A stretch of DNA of 57,947 nucleotides, the filler included, from Sphacelaria rigidula (lineage: Eukaryota), in the NCBI GenBank assembly GCA_964200075.2. It is 5 parts of 5 records of this genome, joined end to end, with 100 filler letters (N's around TTAATTAATTAA, not from the genome) between each part and the next. Parts side by side here need not be neighbours in the genome. Positions count along the whole stretch, not along the records: positions 1 to 11,511 come from CAXNAA020004845.1; positions 11,612 to 23,120 come from CAXNAA020004846.1; 3 more parts are not named here. One strand, written 5' to 3'. Positions 1 to 12,753 of this stretch are shown here, in pieces. Made by a program: the position numbers and the translations under genes. The notes beneath the pieces are model-generated. The model was given only the letters and a program-made list of their open reading frames with translations. It was not told the origin of the DNA and ran no database searches. Position 1 is the stretch's first letter, and each line of letters starts with the position of its first letter.

Positions 1-70
1 CTCGAAAGGGATGCGTGGTCAATGGTCGAACGACTAAGGCAAGCAAGAATGAGTACGCCCCCCTCCCCCC
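1..70 (-). repeat. G-tract-associated short dispersed repeat, subfamily B
   Basis: Reverse complement reads G-run + CGTACTCATTCTTGCTTGCCTTAGTCGTTCGACCATTGACCACGCATCCC, homologous to copies at 11440-11511, 34665, 34830, 45713 and 46200. Confidence 0.75.
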
Positions 71-213
71 AAACCAGCCCAAAACTGCCACGAAGAAAAT
101 GGTCATGCGACGCCTGATGTTTGATATCAGGCTGCATGAAGCGCTTATATGGGCGACATTGGCAAAAACGGACTCAAGCCTGATACTTTCTACGATAGCC
201 CCCCCCACAAAAA

Positions 214-3111
214 ATGGCTGGTTCGGCCACCACTTCTTGGGCAACCACTGCCTCAACTACTGCTGTCCCTGCCACGACCACTCCTGCTCCGGCCAGTCCC
301 ACAGTCGCCCCGAGCGCCGCAGTGGCACCTTCGGTCGCTGTGACGGCCGCCCCTGCCGCTGCCACTGCCGCCGTCAGCGGTGACCATTTTAATGACAGTT
401 CTCCAGCGGTAACCATCTTGATGACAGGTCTCCGGCCGCTGTGGCTGCCGCCCCTGCTGTCGTCACTGCGACCGTTGACGGCGCCCATGCGGCTGACCGG
501 TCCCCGGTCAGGCCACAGCAACAGCCGCAACTCAGCGAAACGTTCTGCCCCGCAGGCTACCTCGCGTGCCTCTTCATTGAACACGACAGAGACACACAAG
601 ACCGCATCATCGCTCGTTACCGAACCGCCACCCCGGTGCCGGTACTCCCGGCTGCCCCTCCCTCGCCGGCACCTACGGTAACCATCCGCCAGTTGCGGCG
701 CCGACACCTCACGACGCGCGAGATGCCCGCGCCGCAGACGAAAAGACACTACACCTCCTCCGTGGGGAATTTGCCACACGTGAGACAAATTTACAGCGAA
801 AGGTGGATACAGCTACCGCTACCCACTCCGCAGCTCCCCGGGCTCACGAGGAACACCAATCGGTAGTCGCAGCCAGTCAACGCAAGACTGAGGAGCTGGC
901 GGCCCAGATTAATCGAACCGCTCAGCACGCTGCGTCCGCGGCGTCCTTGCTGTCCGACCATCAGGCTGCTCGGGCTCGCGCAACGTCGCTTCAGGCTCCT
1001 CCACCATCGGGCTCGGTCTCTTCGTCATCTGCGTGGTACCGCATACCTCGTAAGTCGGAAGCCGCTATCCCCGACGCAATGACCGAGGACGCACCCTGCC
1101 TTTCCCTCTCCCCTCACGAGGCCACTTGGCTCGTGCATCCCGTACGAGATTTCTCCGCCGACGTTTTGGTGGACAATCCCCTACAGAGCTCCAGGGCCGC
1201 GTGGATTGTTGTCTACCATACGGCTTTAGTTGCCTTGAGTCTATACCTGGACTAAGGCGCGCAACTCCCGGTCACAGACCCACACGTACTGACGCTCGCC
1301 CAGCTTGTGGCACATACACAAACGGCCCCCAATGTTGGTGCCAGCGCCTACAGCAGGGCCGCCCATAGCCATTTGCAGGCCTTACGGGACGCGTTTCAGT
1401 CCGGCATCTCCGCTGACGACGACAACGACGATGACGATGACAAACTCCGGTCACCGCGAACTGTCGGCCGCACAAACACTGCGGCGACGATGATGACCGT
1501 CAGGGTGGCGGACGCGGGGGTGGCCGCGACGGTTCCGGATCCTCTGGTTGAGGACGGCGAGGATCTAATTCACAACGAACGATCCGGAGTGAACAACACT
1601 CCAACTGGCAACGCAAGGAATCTGACTCGTCGAACAGCTCGTCCCGCAATCCCCGCAGCAGGAATGAGTCAACGACGGACCCGCCGTCAGTCGACTCAAT
1701 CAATGTCAGGCAAGAAACACCTCATATAGCTGATGTTCCCCGCGAGTTATTAGGTTTATATGACACTGATGACAAATTTCGACCTTAGTCTTCGACCTCA
1801 GCCCGCACTTTAGCTGCCGCCGCGGCTAGTCAAGCACTTACTGCAGCCCGTGAGGCCGCAGCAGCTGCTAAGGCTGAGGCTGCTTGGGTCGCTGCTATCC
1901 AGAGACAGTACATACAGATGGGTGTAAAAACACTTCGGCATATTAATACTCTACCTGCAGCGGACAGTGAGGACTCAAGACAGTTTACCTCAAGTCTTAT
2001 TCACTCCATCCGTCGTACTGTACGAAGTATTCGGGAATTAGCGGATCGCACGGGTGTTCAACGGTTCGAAAATCTTGGTTGGATCGATAGTTGGCAGGCG
2101 CCGCTACATAAGGCCTTACACGGCGCCATCTCTCGTCGCTCACCTGACCTTGCCCCTTCATCGACGCAGATCATCGGCGGATTCATCGCAGCGATGGATT
2201 CGAACCGTGCCCGGGGGCGAACTGGCCCGACAATACTCAGTGATCTGGAGCGGCGTCTGATTGACTACTTTGATCGTAGTACACAGGGTAGCTCCATCCA
2301 GCGTGTACGTTCGTTCGGTGTAGCCACGGACGTTCCCTTTTCCGACTTCCTCCGTCAGTTCAAGTGGTTGGTTTCCAGCACTTTGGGAGCTGGACGCCAG
2401 AGTGGGCCCTCTGATTCTACGTGTCAGTCTTATGTCCGTACGAGTGTGTCTGAGCAGTTCCCGGCATTGATGCCGTCGTTGCTTCCGGGTGCCCTAGCAT
2501 ACCGCGAGGTGCCTTACGCCTCCGTAGATGCAATGTGGACAGCTTTTGTCCATAAAGAAAGCAATCTCACCCCCACCATTCGGGGTGAAAAATATTTGTC
2601 TTCGCGTTCACAGCCTACCGCTGTATCCTCCGCGAACGCCTAGGGGTCTCGCGGACGGAATTCGAGCTCATCTCGTGCTACATGGACCCCCGCCTCTGTC
2701 ACCGGTTCAGTAATGATTGCTAGAAGTAACAAAGACCCATTATGCGCGAGCTATGACGCATGGCCGTACTCTGAAGAGACATGGGACGATGTTTACTTGA
2801 CTTCTACGACAGCTTTTGTGACGGATGATCCCCATTTGTGGAACCCACTTCTGCCTTCTTCGGCTAGACACGACGCTTTCAGCCGCCACGCCAACAAATG
2901 TATCAATTGCAATGTACAAGGCCATAGCATGCGTGACTCTGGCAACTCATGCATAAATGTATTCTATCTCATGAACTCTGAACTACAGAGCAATGAACCC
3001 GCGTGGCGCCGATGGCAAAAACGAGTGCGCGACTATCGTACCTCATATCGACATTATCGCCACCATTTGAATACTCGAGGCAACTATCGCTCTAGTCGCG
3101 ATCGCCGATGA
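214..3111 (+). pseudogene. Retrotransposon gag region, frameshifted and with stops
   Basis: Chain of overlapping ORFs (214-681, 441-866, 803-1255, 1307-1729, 1918-2643, 2713-3111) upstream of pol, ending in a degenerate C-x2-C-x4-H-x4-(C>S) knuckle. Confidence 0.7.
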
Positions 3112-4299
3112 ATCAACAACCGTATTTCTGGCACTCGTCAACGACATAATACCTCTTGCGCCATGGTTCCGCTGATAGACACCAGCGGACGGGACCGACA
3201 CATAGCTCGAACCCCAACACCAGAAACCCTGGTACCCTCACTTCAGAACGCATAGATCCATGACGTGACAACGTCGGCGTCTTCAAGTCTTCGGCGCCGC
3301 CGATAGCACTTTCGAAGTCTTTTTCAACACCCCCCGCGAAACTAGCCACAACAATTTCTCGCTCAGACCCCCCGGCGTTATGCAGGAGCACTGATGACGG
3401 CCGCTCAAATCGACCCCCGTGTTCACCTCCTCGCATACAGCGTAACAGTTACGTGAACTCACGACTTAGCTCTTAGCTCGGCTCTGGACCTGGTCCTTCA
3501 GAACTAGGTGTAAATCTGAGGTGTGGGAACACCAGCCGCCCGTCCCTGAGACAAAGGCTTCCCTCAGCGACCGCACGCGCAGGCAGTAGTGTATCTCACT
3601 CTACTGGTTCAAGTGTCGCTGGTCTCAATTTGACCACTTCGGGTCAAGTAACACCCACCCAGCCCGAAAGAGTTCGTACTTTGCGTCCATTACACCGCGC
3701 AAAATTACCCCTGATTCGTCCCAAGAAAACCGTCTAATTTACAATCGGCTATGACTCCTCAGCCAAGCTTGCCAACGGAAAGTCCACAAGCTTCGCCCGA
3801 GCATGCCCCGATGCTGACCCCATCCACCCGACTGGACGCAGTTGTGGTGCCCCAACAAGTTTTGGAAGTTTCCCGACCATTGTCACGGCGAAAGAGGAAG
3901 CCCCGTGAAGGTGCCCCCAAGAAAGCGCGCACATCATCACGCACACCTCTATCGAGCGGAAAAACCTCGACCTCAATATCTCCAAAATGCGACGACTTTG
4001 CCCTCGACGGCTTCATCAAGCTTCTTCAATCGACGGCCCCAACAACGCACAATCCGGATCCACCTTGTATTCTGGTCCCTGTCTACCCAAGACGGTCATT
4101 TACGAAATCGCTAATGATCAGTCTAACCGTGCCTCACCTGGGAATAATATACCGCCCGCCACCTTTTCTGGTGAAAAATCTGACCCACTGGCGGATCACC
4201 CACCGTCCGTTTTTGCTGTCAGCCCCGCCAAGGCTCACTAATTTACCTTGCCGGAACATGGTCCGGATCTTGTCGGCGGTAAAGTGTCTGTGAACCCGA

Positions 4300-7200
4300 C
4301 CACTTTCACTACACGCGTCGCGATCCACTCTGGCCCAAACACTACCATGCCTATGAAATGCGTACCCCTGTTGGACAGCGGGGGCCCACAAACGCTCATT
4401 CGACAATCAACATGGGAACACATGTAACATACTGGCGCTGCTACTGTAGCTTGTGAAACCACCACCCAACCTCGAGTATGGGGCGGCTTCCGTGATTCTA
4501 CCGCACCTCTGACAACACGAAAACCCGTACGTCTTAGTGTGCAATTTTTTCAAAACACCACTCGTTCTGCCAGCCTGGCCGTCTGGGCATGCATTGTCCC
4601 CGACAGCAAAATGCATCAGGCCATCTTATTGGGCAGAGATAGATATATGCGGTTTAATAAAGGAACCTACCGCACGCTTTCACCACTATCGCCACAATCC
4701 ACGTCTCGTGGAGAATTCACCCTTGAACACTTTGGTACACTCCACGATGCTCTGGTCCACCAAAAGAATACTCAAGCAACCGGAGCTGCTTACCACCTAC
4801 GATACAATGGTAGTGTTGGTGTTACACTCTCTGACGACCCTCGAATTTTAGAAGTTGCACCACTTCGCCGAAATGGCATGCCAGCACTTACGGGTCATTA
4901 TCTTGCCGAAATGTTAGCCCGTATTGGTGCACCAGCCGACACAGAATATTTTGTCTCGGCAGGACAACAACTCCTTCCTCTTACGGGACATGCTAACTTG
5001 GAATCCGGCGATATTTGAGGAATCGCCGCCGCTCCCCTGATGCACATCCCACGCGAGACGTGCGTAACAGACCCTGCCGAGCCCACGCACCATCTCCGAC
5101 GGAGTCACTCCGATGTGGCGATGAACCCTTTTTCGACCTCGCCGCTGCGACTCCACTTCAGGTCTACACCGTGGATCCTGCCCAGTCAAACTCCGATCCT
5201 CCTGCTGAAGGGCTTCAACGCCTATCACCAGGTTCTCGGAATAGTTTCTTGCAAATGCGGAACCAACTGCCACCACACATGCGTGATGTCAATTTTGACC
5301 TTCATGGGTCCGGCTGGGAACCGGCAGTCATTCAAGAACTCAGTGATGTCCTACTGCAGTACCAAGACCGATTCTCTCAATCCAAAATGGATCTTGGGCA
5401 ATGCAAAACGCTGCCCTTTGAGGTTACACTCCAACCCGGGGTCTCGCCAATATCGTCGCGACCATACCGGACAAACCCAATCCTTACCGGAAAAGTAAAT
5501 GTCATCTTCGATCAATATTTGGGGGCGGGATTAATTCAGCATCCCTCCTCTCGTTGAGCCTCGCCACTTGTGGTCGTCCCCCAAAAGGATGGAAATATAC
5601 GCATAACCGTGAAAAAATACGGATGAACCGTATCATGGTGATTGATAAACTTCCATTCCCCCGCATTGATGAAGTCTTCGACTCTTTAGGCGAAGGAAAA
5701 ATATTCAGCACCTTCGGCCTCGCTTCTGGATTTTTCCAGAATGCTATCCACCCTGACACAGTCCCACTGACGGCCTTCTGTACCTCGTCCGGACTCTACG
5801 AGTGCCTTCGAATACCACAAGGCGCTGCCACTGCCCCGGGATGCTTTCAACGCTTAATGCAACGGGTCATCGAGGATCTCGAGCACATATCCGCACTCTA
5901 CGAGAATTTCTCTCTCGCCTACGAACACACGATTCGAACACTGTCTCCATCCAAAGCTCGCCTTGGTGCGACTGACTTGGATTTCCTGGGACATTTCATT
6001 TCGCTAGCAGGCCTACATCCGGATACAAATAAAGTCAGAGCGATGACTGACTTACCGATGCCAACCAACATCTCTCAACTTCGCTCGTTATTGGGCGGAC
6101 TATCCTACTACCGCAATTTTTTGCCGCATTTATCCAAACGGAGTCGCGCCCTTACTGGACTACTCAAGAAAGGAGCCGTGTTTACCTTCACCACCGATGT
6201 GGAGAATATCACCCGCGAACTGCTGAAAACGCTTACCGAAAAGCCGGTACTCTGTTTCCCTGATTGGGAGGCAGTACAAGATGGCTTCCGCCTTTTCCAA
6301 CTACACACTAAGGCCAGCACAGATAGATTTGGAGGGTTTTTTAATCAACCTCAGGTTGACGGCTCCATTCGACCCATCCTTTACATCAGCCGCGCCACCC
6401 TGCCCAACGAGGCCAACTGGAGCCCGCTAGAACTGGAAGGCGGAGTAATCACCTGGGCCATTAAGCGTCTCCGTTAATATCTGTTTCACGTGCCATTTGA
6501 CATCTACACGGATCACGGGGCATTCGAACAACTCGCCGAGGTTGGCGGACACAACCCGCGTGTACAACGATGGCTGGAATTCCAACAGCGTACCAGTATA
6601 CCATTAAGCACCGTCCAGGCAAAAGCAGCGGGAACGCTAATCTTCTTTCCCGGCTACCCCTGCCGCCTACGGCTGCAGATTTCAGCCCGGCTTGCCGTTT
6701 AACGGAACCCGATGAACCTGGTAGTTACCCTATCAGACGCTTTTCAACGCCCGTTTATGCCCTTGACCTTCAGTGCCCAGAGACTGGTATGCACATGGGA
6801 GGACCTCGCCCTCTACCATATGATGCCGTTTTGGGTGGGTTCAAGCCCACTACCTCCGATTTTGTCGACTTCCGCACTTTTGGTACTCGCTCGAAGCTTT
6901 TCAGGGAGACACCTTCGGTCATCCACCTAATCTCCGATAACACGCGCTCGCGGTCTATCGCCTGCACCACGCCCCCGAGTACCCCGCCGCCACCGATAAC
7001 ATCTACAAATCCCACGAGCCACGCAGCACCGGTCTGCGAAAAAAACTGCAACATGCACCACGCGCCGCGAAGAATCTTCGCCGCGCACTGCTACAAAGCC
7101 GCCGATAACAAGGGCGCGGCCTACAGCTACCGCTCCCGAGCATGGTGTAGAGGACTCAGCTCCTATTCCCGGGGTAGATATTGACGTCGGCATTTCTACC

Positions 7201-9489
7201 CCGTCGCCTATTCCCCCGCTGCAAACGCTTCATGTTTGCTCGGCTCTCTAGCGGAAGATCAACTACGCGAGTTTCTCGCCAGCTACTATCACCGCGGTTG
7301 GGCCCGCGAACAAAACGCGGAACCTTTATGTCGCGCAGCCATCCAGTATTTACAGCTTGACTGCCCAGTCCCTTTTCCAACCGCCATTCTGGCCGCGGTT
7401 GGCACACTGCCACCCCCAGATATCTCTGACGTATACGAACTCATGCGTAAAGGCACCATTTTCACTACGGATGAAGGCATCCAACTACTCGTGCGTCACC
7501 CCACGCCTTTGACGGGCGCACTTTCCGTGTCAACCACGGAACGCCACGCACGACTACTCAATGACGAACCAACGCGCATATGTGTCCAATTATTAATGCG
7601 CCCCTAGGCCATGAAAGGCTGCCACACGGACTTGACATGTCACCTTGGCGTCACTCGCACCTTAGCGCTCATGGGACGCTTTCACTGGTGGGTTGGCATG
7701 GAAAATTTCCACCCGCTTCTGGATTCGGCGATGCTTTAAATGCCAAGCTCGCAAAACTTCACTACAAACAGTACGTTGTCGCATCATCTCTATGGGACTC
7801 CCCAACACTCCGGGCCACCTTGTGTCCTTTGACTACTTTGGCCCTCTACCGACCACAGGTCGCGGCAATACCTACATCTTACTCTTCACTGACCGCTTCA
7901 GCCGCCACGCGTCCATGTACGCGGTAACCGCTGCAGAGTCCACTGCCGTCGGAACGGCCGATATATTGGTCCACGATTACATTAAGCACTACGGTTGCCC
8001 GAAACGACCTCCGTTCGACAATGGTCAGCACGTTTGCTCAGATCTCTTTGATGAGCTTTACAAGCTCCTGGGCATCCGCAAAATTGCCACGAGCGCCTAC
8101 CACCCTAATGGTAACGGTGGTACCGAAAATGTTAATCACACCATGGCTCGGATGCTCTCTATGGTCGTCAATGACCGCCAGAATGACTGGCACCTACACC
8201 TCTTGCACATCATGTTGTCCTACAACAACTCGGTTGACGCCGCTACAGGCCTTTTCCCCGAACGAACTCCATCTTGGACGTTACCCTCGGCTGCCCATTA
8301 ACGTGTTTGAGCGACACACGTTCGATGGCCACCAAGGATTGGATCAGGATCAAATATCCTACTACGAGCTAGCGTATTCACGACAACGCAAAGCGTTTAC
8401 CCTCGTGCGCGAACAACACTCTATCAACGCCTCGCGCCTTGAGAGATCTAACACTGCTCTCTACAAGCTCATGCACAAACGCCCCAACTGGAAAGTTGGT
8501 GATTGGGTTAAGATCTACAACAGTTTGTCGACCATCCGCCAAGGCACCAGCAAGGCAGCTAACAAAACAATTTTCAAGGCAAAATTTTCCCTCAATCAGA
8601 CAGGACCATTCAAGATCCTGACAGCCGGACCATCGCCATCATCACCTGATGATAAGCCCGTTGGTGACAAACTGCTCTATCTCGACCTGCCTCGCGACCT
8701 CCTGGGCAAGGACACCAAACCCCGCGTCTCCGTGCACAGATGCAAACGCTGCAGGAACCCGCATGATACTAGCGACATGCTCACGTACCTGCCTGCCGGA
8801 CTCACTCAGTACGTTGTCAACAGCTACTCGACCAAGTCCCACCTTATCATGTTACAACCGACGACGTAACGGAACAGCCCCTCCGATTGACCGTGTCTAC
8901 CATGTCCGGCCACCATATCACTCGTGGTAGAGGTGGCAAAATTGCTGTCATGTATAAGATCCACTTACAAGGTATTCGGAGAGCGTCTTGGGAACGCGAA
9001 TCCGACCTTTAATTGCACCGCCGTGCAATCCTCCTGTACTGGACGCAATCCCAAGATCAGAATCTTGCTCACAACAAGAAATATCGCAACATGCGTCGTG
9101 GCGCAGCAGCCCGCGGACTTCACCGCGATCAAGGACTACGCTTTGTCGCCGATGGCTACGAACTTGTACTCACCAAGACTTGTAAGGCGAAGTTCTTCAC
9201 AAACCAGCGAATACTACCCACGGGCAGCTACCTTTGGTTCAAAGGCAGCGATAACCTCTGGTGGTTGGGTCAGACCCACTGCGCTGCCCTGGTTTCTGCC
9301 GACACGTACATCGTGCGCTTCATTGATGACCCTGAACCCATCCAGCTCACGCTTCGGCCAGCACGACACCCCACCAGCCCATCTGCCCCACGCGGATCCT
9401 GGTGCCTTCAGCGGTTCAAATCAAGAGGAGTTCGCCGCGGTATCCAGCGCAACATCAACCACACCCACGACTTCCACGCATCGCTTTGA
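4300..9489 (+). pseudogene. Retrotransposon pol polyprotein pseudogene (aspartic protease, RT, RNase H, integrase with GPF motif, chromo-like and PWWP/Tudor-like tail)
   Basis: Integrase zinc finger (CHTDLTCHLG..CFKC) across a frameshift, DDE core (FDYFGPLP, FTDRFSR, DNG, GGTE), TGPFKIL. Many stops and frameshifts. RT Asp changed (FSTFGL), YxDD missing, RNase H Asp changed (LHTKAS). Confidence 0.9.
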
Positions 9490-10085
9490 ACCACGCTTCT
9501 TCACTGCAACCTTTCTTCCCTTCTTTAGTATTTTACCCTCCCTTCTTCGCTAGGACCCGGCTCTACGACGTCCACACCAGGACTACTTACATCGGACGAC
9601 GATCGGAGACTACTAGGCGCCACCGACCATCTACGACTACTGGAGCTCTAGTACTCTCCTTGGCGCTCGATCTCGTTGGATCAGCGATTTCAGATTTTGA
9701 TTCCCCTGCTTCCGATCAACATGCGTTGGTCGCTACTGATCTTGCCGTTTTGTTTTGTTTTTCTTTGGAACCCTCCAGGTGAAAGCTCTGCTTCCTGTTG
9801 TACCTCCCTGGTTTTCCCCTTCGTTTTGCTAGGACGCTGAAGCAATTTGTGCTTCTTCGTTGACCGCTAGCACGCAGAAGCAGTTTGTGCTCCTGCGTTT
9901 CGAAGCAGTTTTTTCTGCTCCTCGAAGCAGTATATGCTTCACTTATTTTGAGGTGTGGGAGTGTGGGTACGGGAGTGTTTCCTTAGGCGTGCCTTATTAG
10001 CGCTCATGACTTTACGGGTAAAGAAAAATCTTACTTTTCGCTGCTTTTGAGGATAGATCCTCGCAGCTGTAGTAAAGATTCGTCT

Positions 10086-10096
10086 GGGTGGGTCAG
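10086..10096 (+). promoter_or_regulatory. Polypurine-tract-like plus-strand primer site
   Basis: GGGTGGGTCAG immediately 5' of the putative LTR start. Confidence 0.5.
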
Positions 10097-10800
10097 TGTC
10101 ATGTGGAGCATGTTAGCCTGTTGTCATGCCGCCTCAGACCCGTTGACGGATCTAGCTAGATTGCATGGCATTTCAGGTTTTTTCAAGACGGCAGGTCTAT
10201 TCAGAGTTGGTCAGATACGAGTATGAACTCGTATATAGCGAGGGATGATAGCCGACAGGACCGCCTTTGGTGATCATTTCGCTTCTCCCCGACCAAGAAA
10301 ACGCTCACATCTCGGTGTGACTGATTGATTGAGCGAGAGAGATTGAGCGCTGAAAGTACTTCGGATATCAAGGAATTTAGTAGTCGAGAAGAGATACGAT
10401 TATACCTACGCGTGAGACTGACTCTGATACCTCGGATACAGAACAAAAGAAATACTGTCAGCGTTGGCTGGTACGCTACAGAACTGTTCTGCCTTACAGC
10501 CGGTTTGTTAAGCCTCTTGTTTAGTCTTGTCAGTAAGGCGCGTGCGCCATACACCCGGCTTAACTCAATCACAATATTGCGGGAGTGCCGACGCTTACGC
10601 TCTCAGGCGCCAGATGCGAGAGGGAGCCCCATCATAGTTGCGCCATCACGACTGGAAAGTTATCTATGCGATGTACGTTTTCGGCCAGTGACAGCGAAAG
10701 GAAGACACCAGTGTCAGTTTCCAGTTCCAAACAAGATACCACACAACTTATGTATCATAGCGGCTAGATATATCGACGATAGCGGTACCGGCACACGACA
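10097..10800 (+). repeat. 3' long terminal repeat (704 bp)
   Basis: Begins TGTCATGTG right after the G-rich tract GGGTGGGTCAG and ends CACACGACA, an 8/9 inverted match with TG..CA termini. TATA-like TATATAG near 10232. No second LTR is available for confirmation. Confidence 0.7.
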
Positions 10801-11439
10801 CGAGCCGTGTCATGCTGAGGAACATGCATATCTGGCAGCACCCGCCACGTCCCTCCCTCGAACTGCCCTTCCTCTAGACTGCAGCTGAGGGGCCGCGTGC
10901 TCCTGCCGCTTCGTCGCCGACCTCCACCGCCACGCTCGAGCGGTGACCGTGCCCGAGACTCGCCTCTGCTTCACGATGAGCACCGTTTGTCGCCGCCGTG
11001 TTCGCAGCATGCGATACCACGACTGTGACCATCGGTCATCTCAGAAAAAAAGCATAAGCAAGGGGAGCAGGGCAGGCGTAAAAGCGTGGATGGAGAGAGA
11101 TGGAAGACAAGAAGGCGAAACATAAGAAACCTGAATCGTGTAAAATAGTTCATGAATCGAACAGAATTGCCTAAGCCATGTATCGCGTCCAGTTCAGCTT
11201 TTTCTGGGGCGGGCAAAGATGCATTGAAGATGTTGCTGCAGTAGCTCGATCCTTCTTATACTGTTATTTTATCCCGTACAACAATACATTCAGTATACCA
11301 TTTATCTCCCGATGTTGGACTCCAATAATACAACGATCGAGTGGATGACTCGACTCTCAGTTCCATATGCTTGTATAGGTCGGGTTCCGAGCTAAAGCTC
11401 AATATGTTTGAGGAGGGTCCCGTGAATCCTTACCACGTA

Positions 11440-11511
11440 CCCCCCCCTCTCACCGGCCAACGGTGCTCCGTCTCGAAAGGGATGCGTGGTCAATGGTCAA
11501 ACGACTAAGGC
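11440..11511 (-). repeat. G-tract-associated short dispersed repeat, subfamily B, at scaffold end
   Basis: 11472-11511 matches 1-40 with one mismatch and continues GACGGAGCAC like the other family members. Confidence 0.75.
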
Positions 11512-11611
11512 NNNNNNNNNNNNNNNNNNNNNNNNNNNNNNNNNNNNNNNNNNNNTTAATTAATTAANNNNNNNNNNNNNNNNNNNNNNNNNNNNNNNNN
11601 NNNNNNNNNNN
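11512..11611. other. Artificial scaffold-join spacer
   Basis: 44 N + TTAATTAATTAA (stops in all six frames) + 44 N. Confidence 0.97.
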
Positions 11612-12309
11612 CGCCACTTCCAGAGACAGCCACGGCTTTTGCACTGCCTCGTGGGTGTCTAACCAGGGGGGTGTAGCACAAGACTGTGTTTTCGTTTTAC
11701 ACTTGGTCATTATCCAAGACACGTTGCTTCTTGTTTATTTAGGCGGCGACATGGCGTACTCAGCGTTGTTGTTCGCATTCTCTTGCTCGTTTGTGGTGGA
11801 TTATTTCAAGCTGAATTCTTGAAGCCTCGAATGACGTGAGTCAATGCTTGGCGACGATCAATAGGGATAATCTCAAAACACATGACATGGCTGCACGATT
11901 ACTGAGAACGACTGAACTTGAAAAAGTAGGTGGATATAAAAGCTACTTACTGTATAGATACACACAGCTTGTCGCCTCATGTGCATACGGTAAAAGATTA
12001 TGGCAAGAACGTATGTGTTGGCAGTGGAAAATGACTGCACCGTTGGTACGTCTATATACCGCGTGTAGTTGTTTCCCTCAGTGGTCCGTCCGTAGCTGTA
12101 CGCTGCAGGTCTCACGATGGCGTCGCGTCATTCTCCGGAAAAGTGCGTGATGTAGCACGTACGGGGTCACGTTTATTTCATGTCATACTTCCAAACCTTG
12201 ACCCTTCAACTTTCCAAGAAACGAGTCCGTGTTCTCCAGGGATCTGATCATCCCATGTCTCCCCCGCTACGTTACCTAGCCTGACGTGTTGACAATTGCG
12301 GATTGGGTA

Positions 12310-12659
12310 GCCGGTCGCCTCGGTGGCTCAGTTGGTAACCTCGAAACCTTCTGACGGTTGAGTCGTGGGCTCGAATCTCGGAGCGATCTGGGATTTTTTC
12401 TCATGCCCAACAGTGCAGAGCGACTACTGTATGTCGTGGGTACACAAAATTCGACTTCACGGTGGACGAGGGAAAGGGATCGCTGAACCCCTCTCGCGAT
12501 AAAAATAAAAGGCAAGCACCGCAGAAGGAAGGTGGAGAACTAAAACAATATCCTGTGTTGACCTTCCTCTTGTGTGACCCCGGCTGGTGCGCCCACATAT
12601 ACCGAAAGGTGTAGTAGATTGGCGTCCAGAATAGTGGGGGATGACAACACGCGCGCGCG

Positions 12660-12717
<58 letters not shown>

Positions 12718-12753
12718 CATACGCACACGCACACGCACACGCACACGCACACA
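12310..12753 (+). mobile_element. tRNA-derived SINE with (CA)n tail, copy 1
   Basis: A box TGGCTCAGTTGG, B box GGCTCGAATC, body homologous to 13522-13920, tail (CG)n(CA)n. Confidence 0.8.

Larger units (their letters stand above)
70..10800 (+). mobile_element. Degenerate Ty3/Gypsy LTR retrotransposon (gag-PR-RT-RNaseH-IN order, 3' LTR present, 5' LTR not in this scaffold)
   Basis: Successive + strand ORF fragments carry a gag zinc-knuckle remnant (CINCNVQGHSMRDS), protease LLDSG (DSG at 4374-4382), RT (LPFPRIDEVFDSL..TAFCTSSGLYE..FLGH), RNase H (WSPLELE, IYTDH, RVQRWLEF) and integrase. A G-rich tract and an LTR follow. Confidence 0.93.

Noticed and set aside
10801-11050. GC-rich stretch after the LTR that might be a minus-strand host exon
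   Set aside because: No recognisable protein motif or confirmable splice phase.
1-11511. 40-bp direct repeat at both ends of scaffold 1, suggesting LTRs or a circular element
   Set aside because: The sequence belongs to the dispersed G-tract repeat that also ends other scaffolds. The LTR-like unit is 10097-10800 and is not followed by a TGG primer-binding site.
11556-11567. TTAATTAATTAA as a biological motif or piggyBac site
   Set aside because: Identical in all four N-padded spacers, so it is an assembly linker.
12310-12385. Functional tRNA gene
   Set aside because: No clean acceptor stem or terminator, and it continues into a shared SINE body in three copies.
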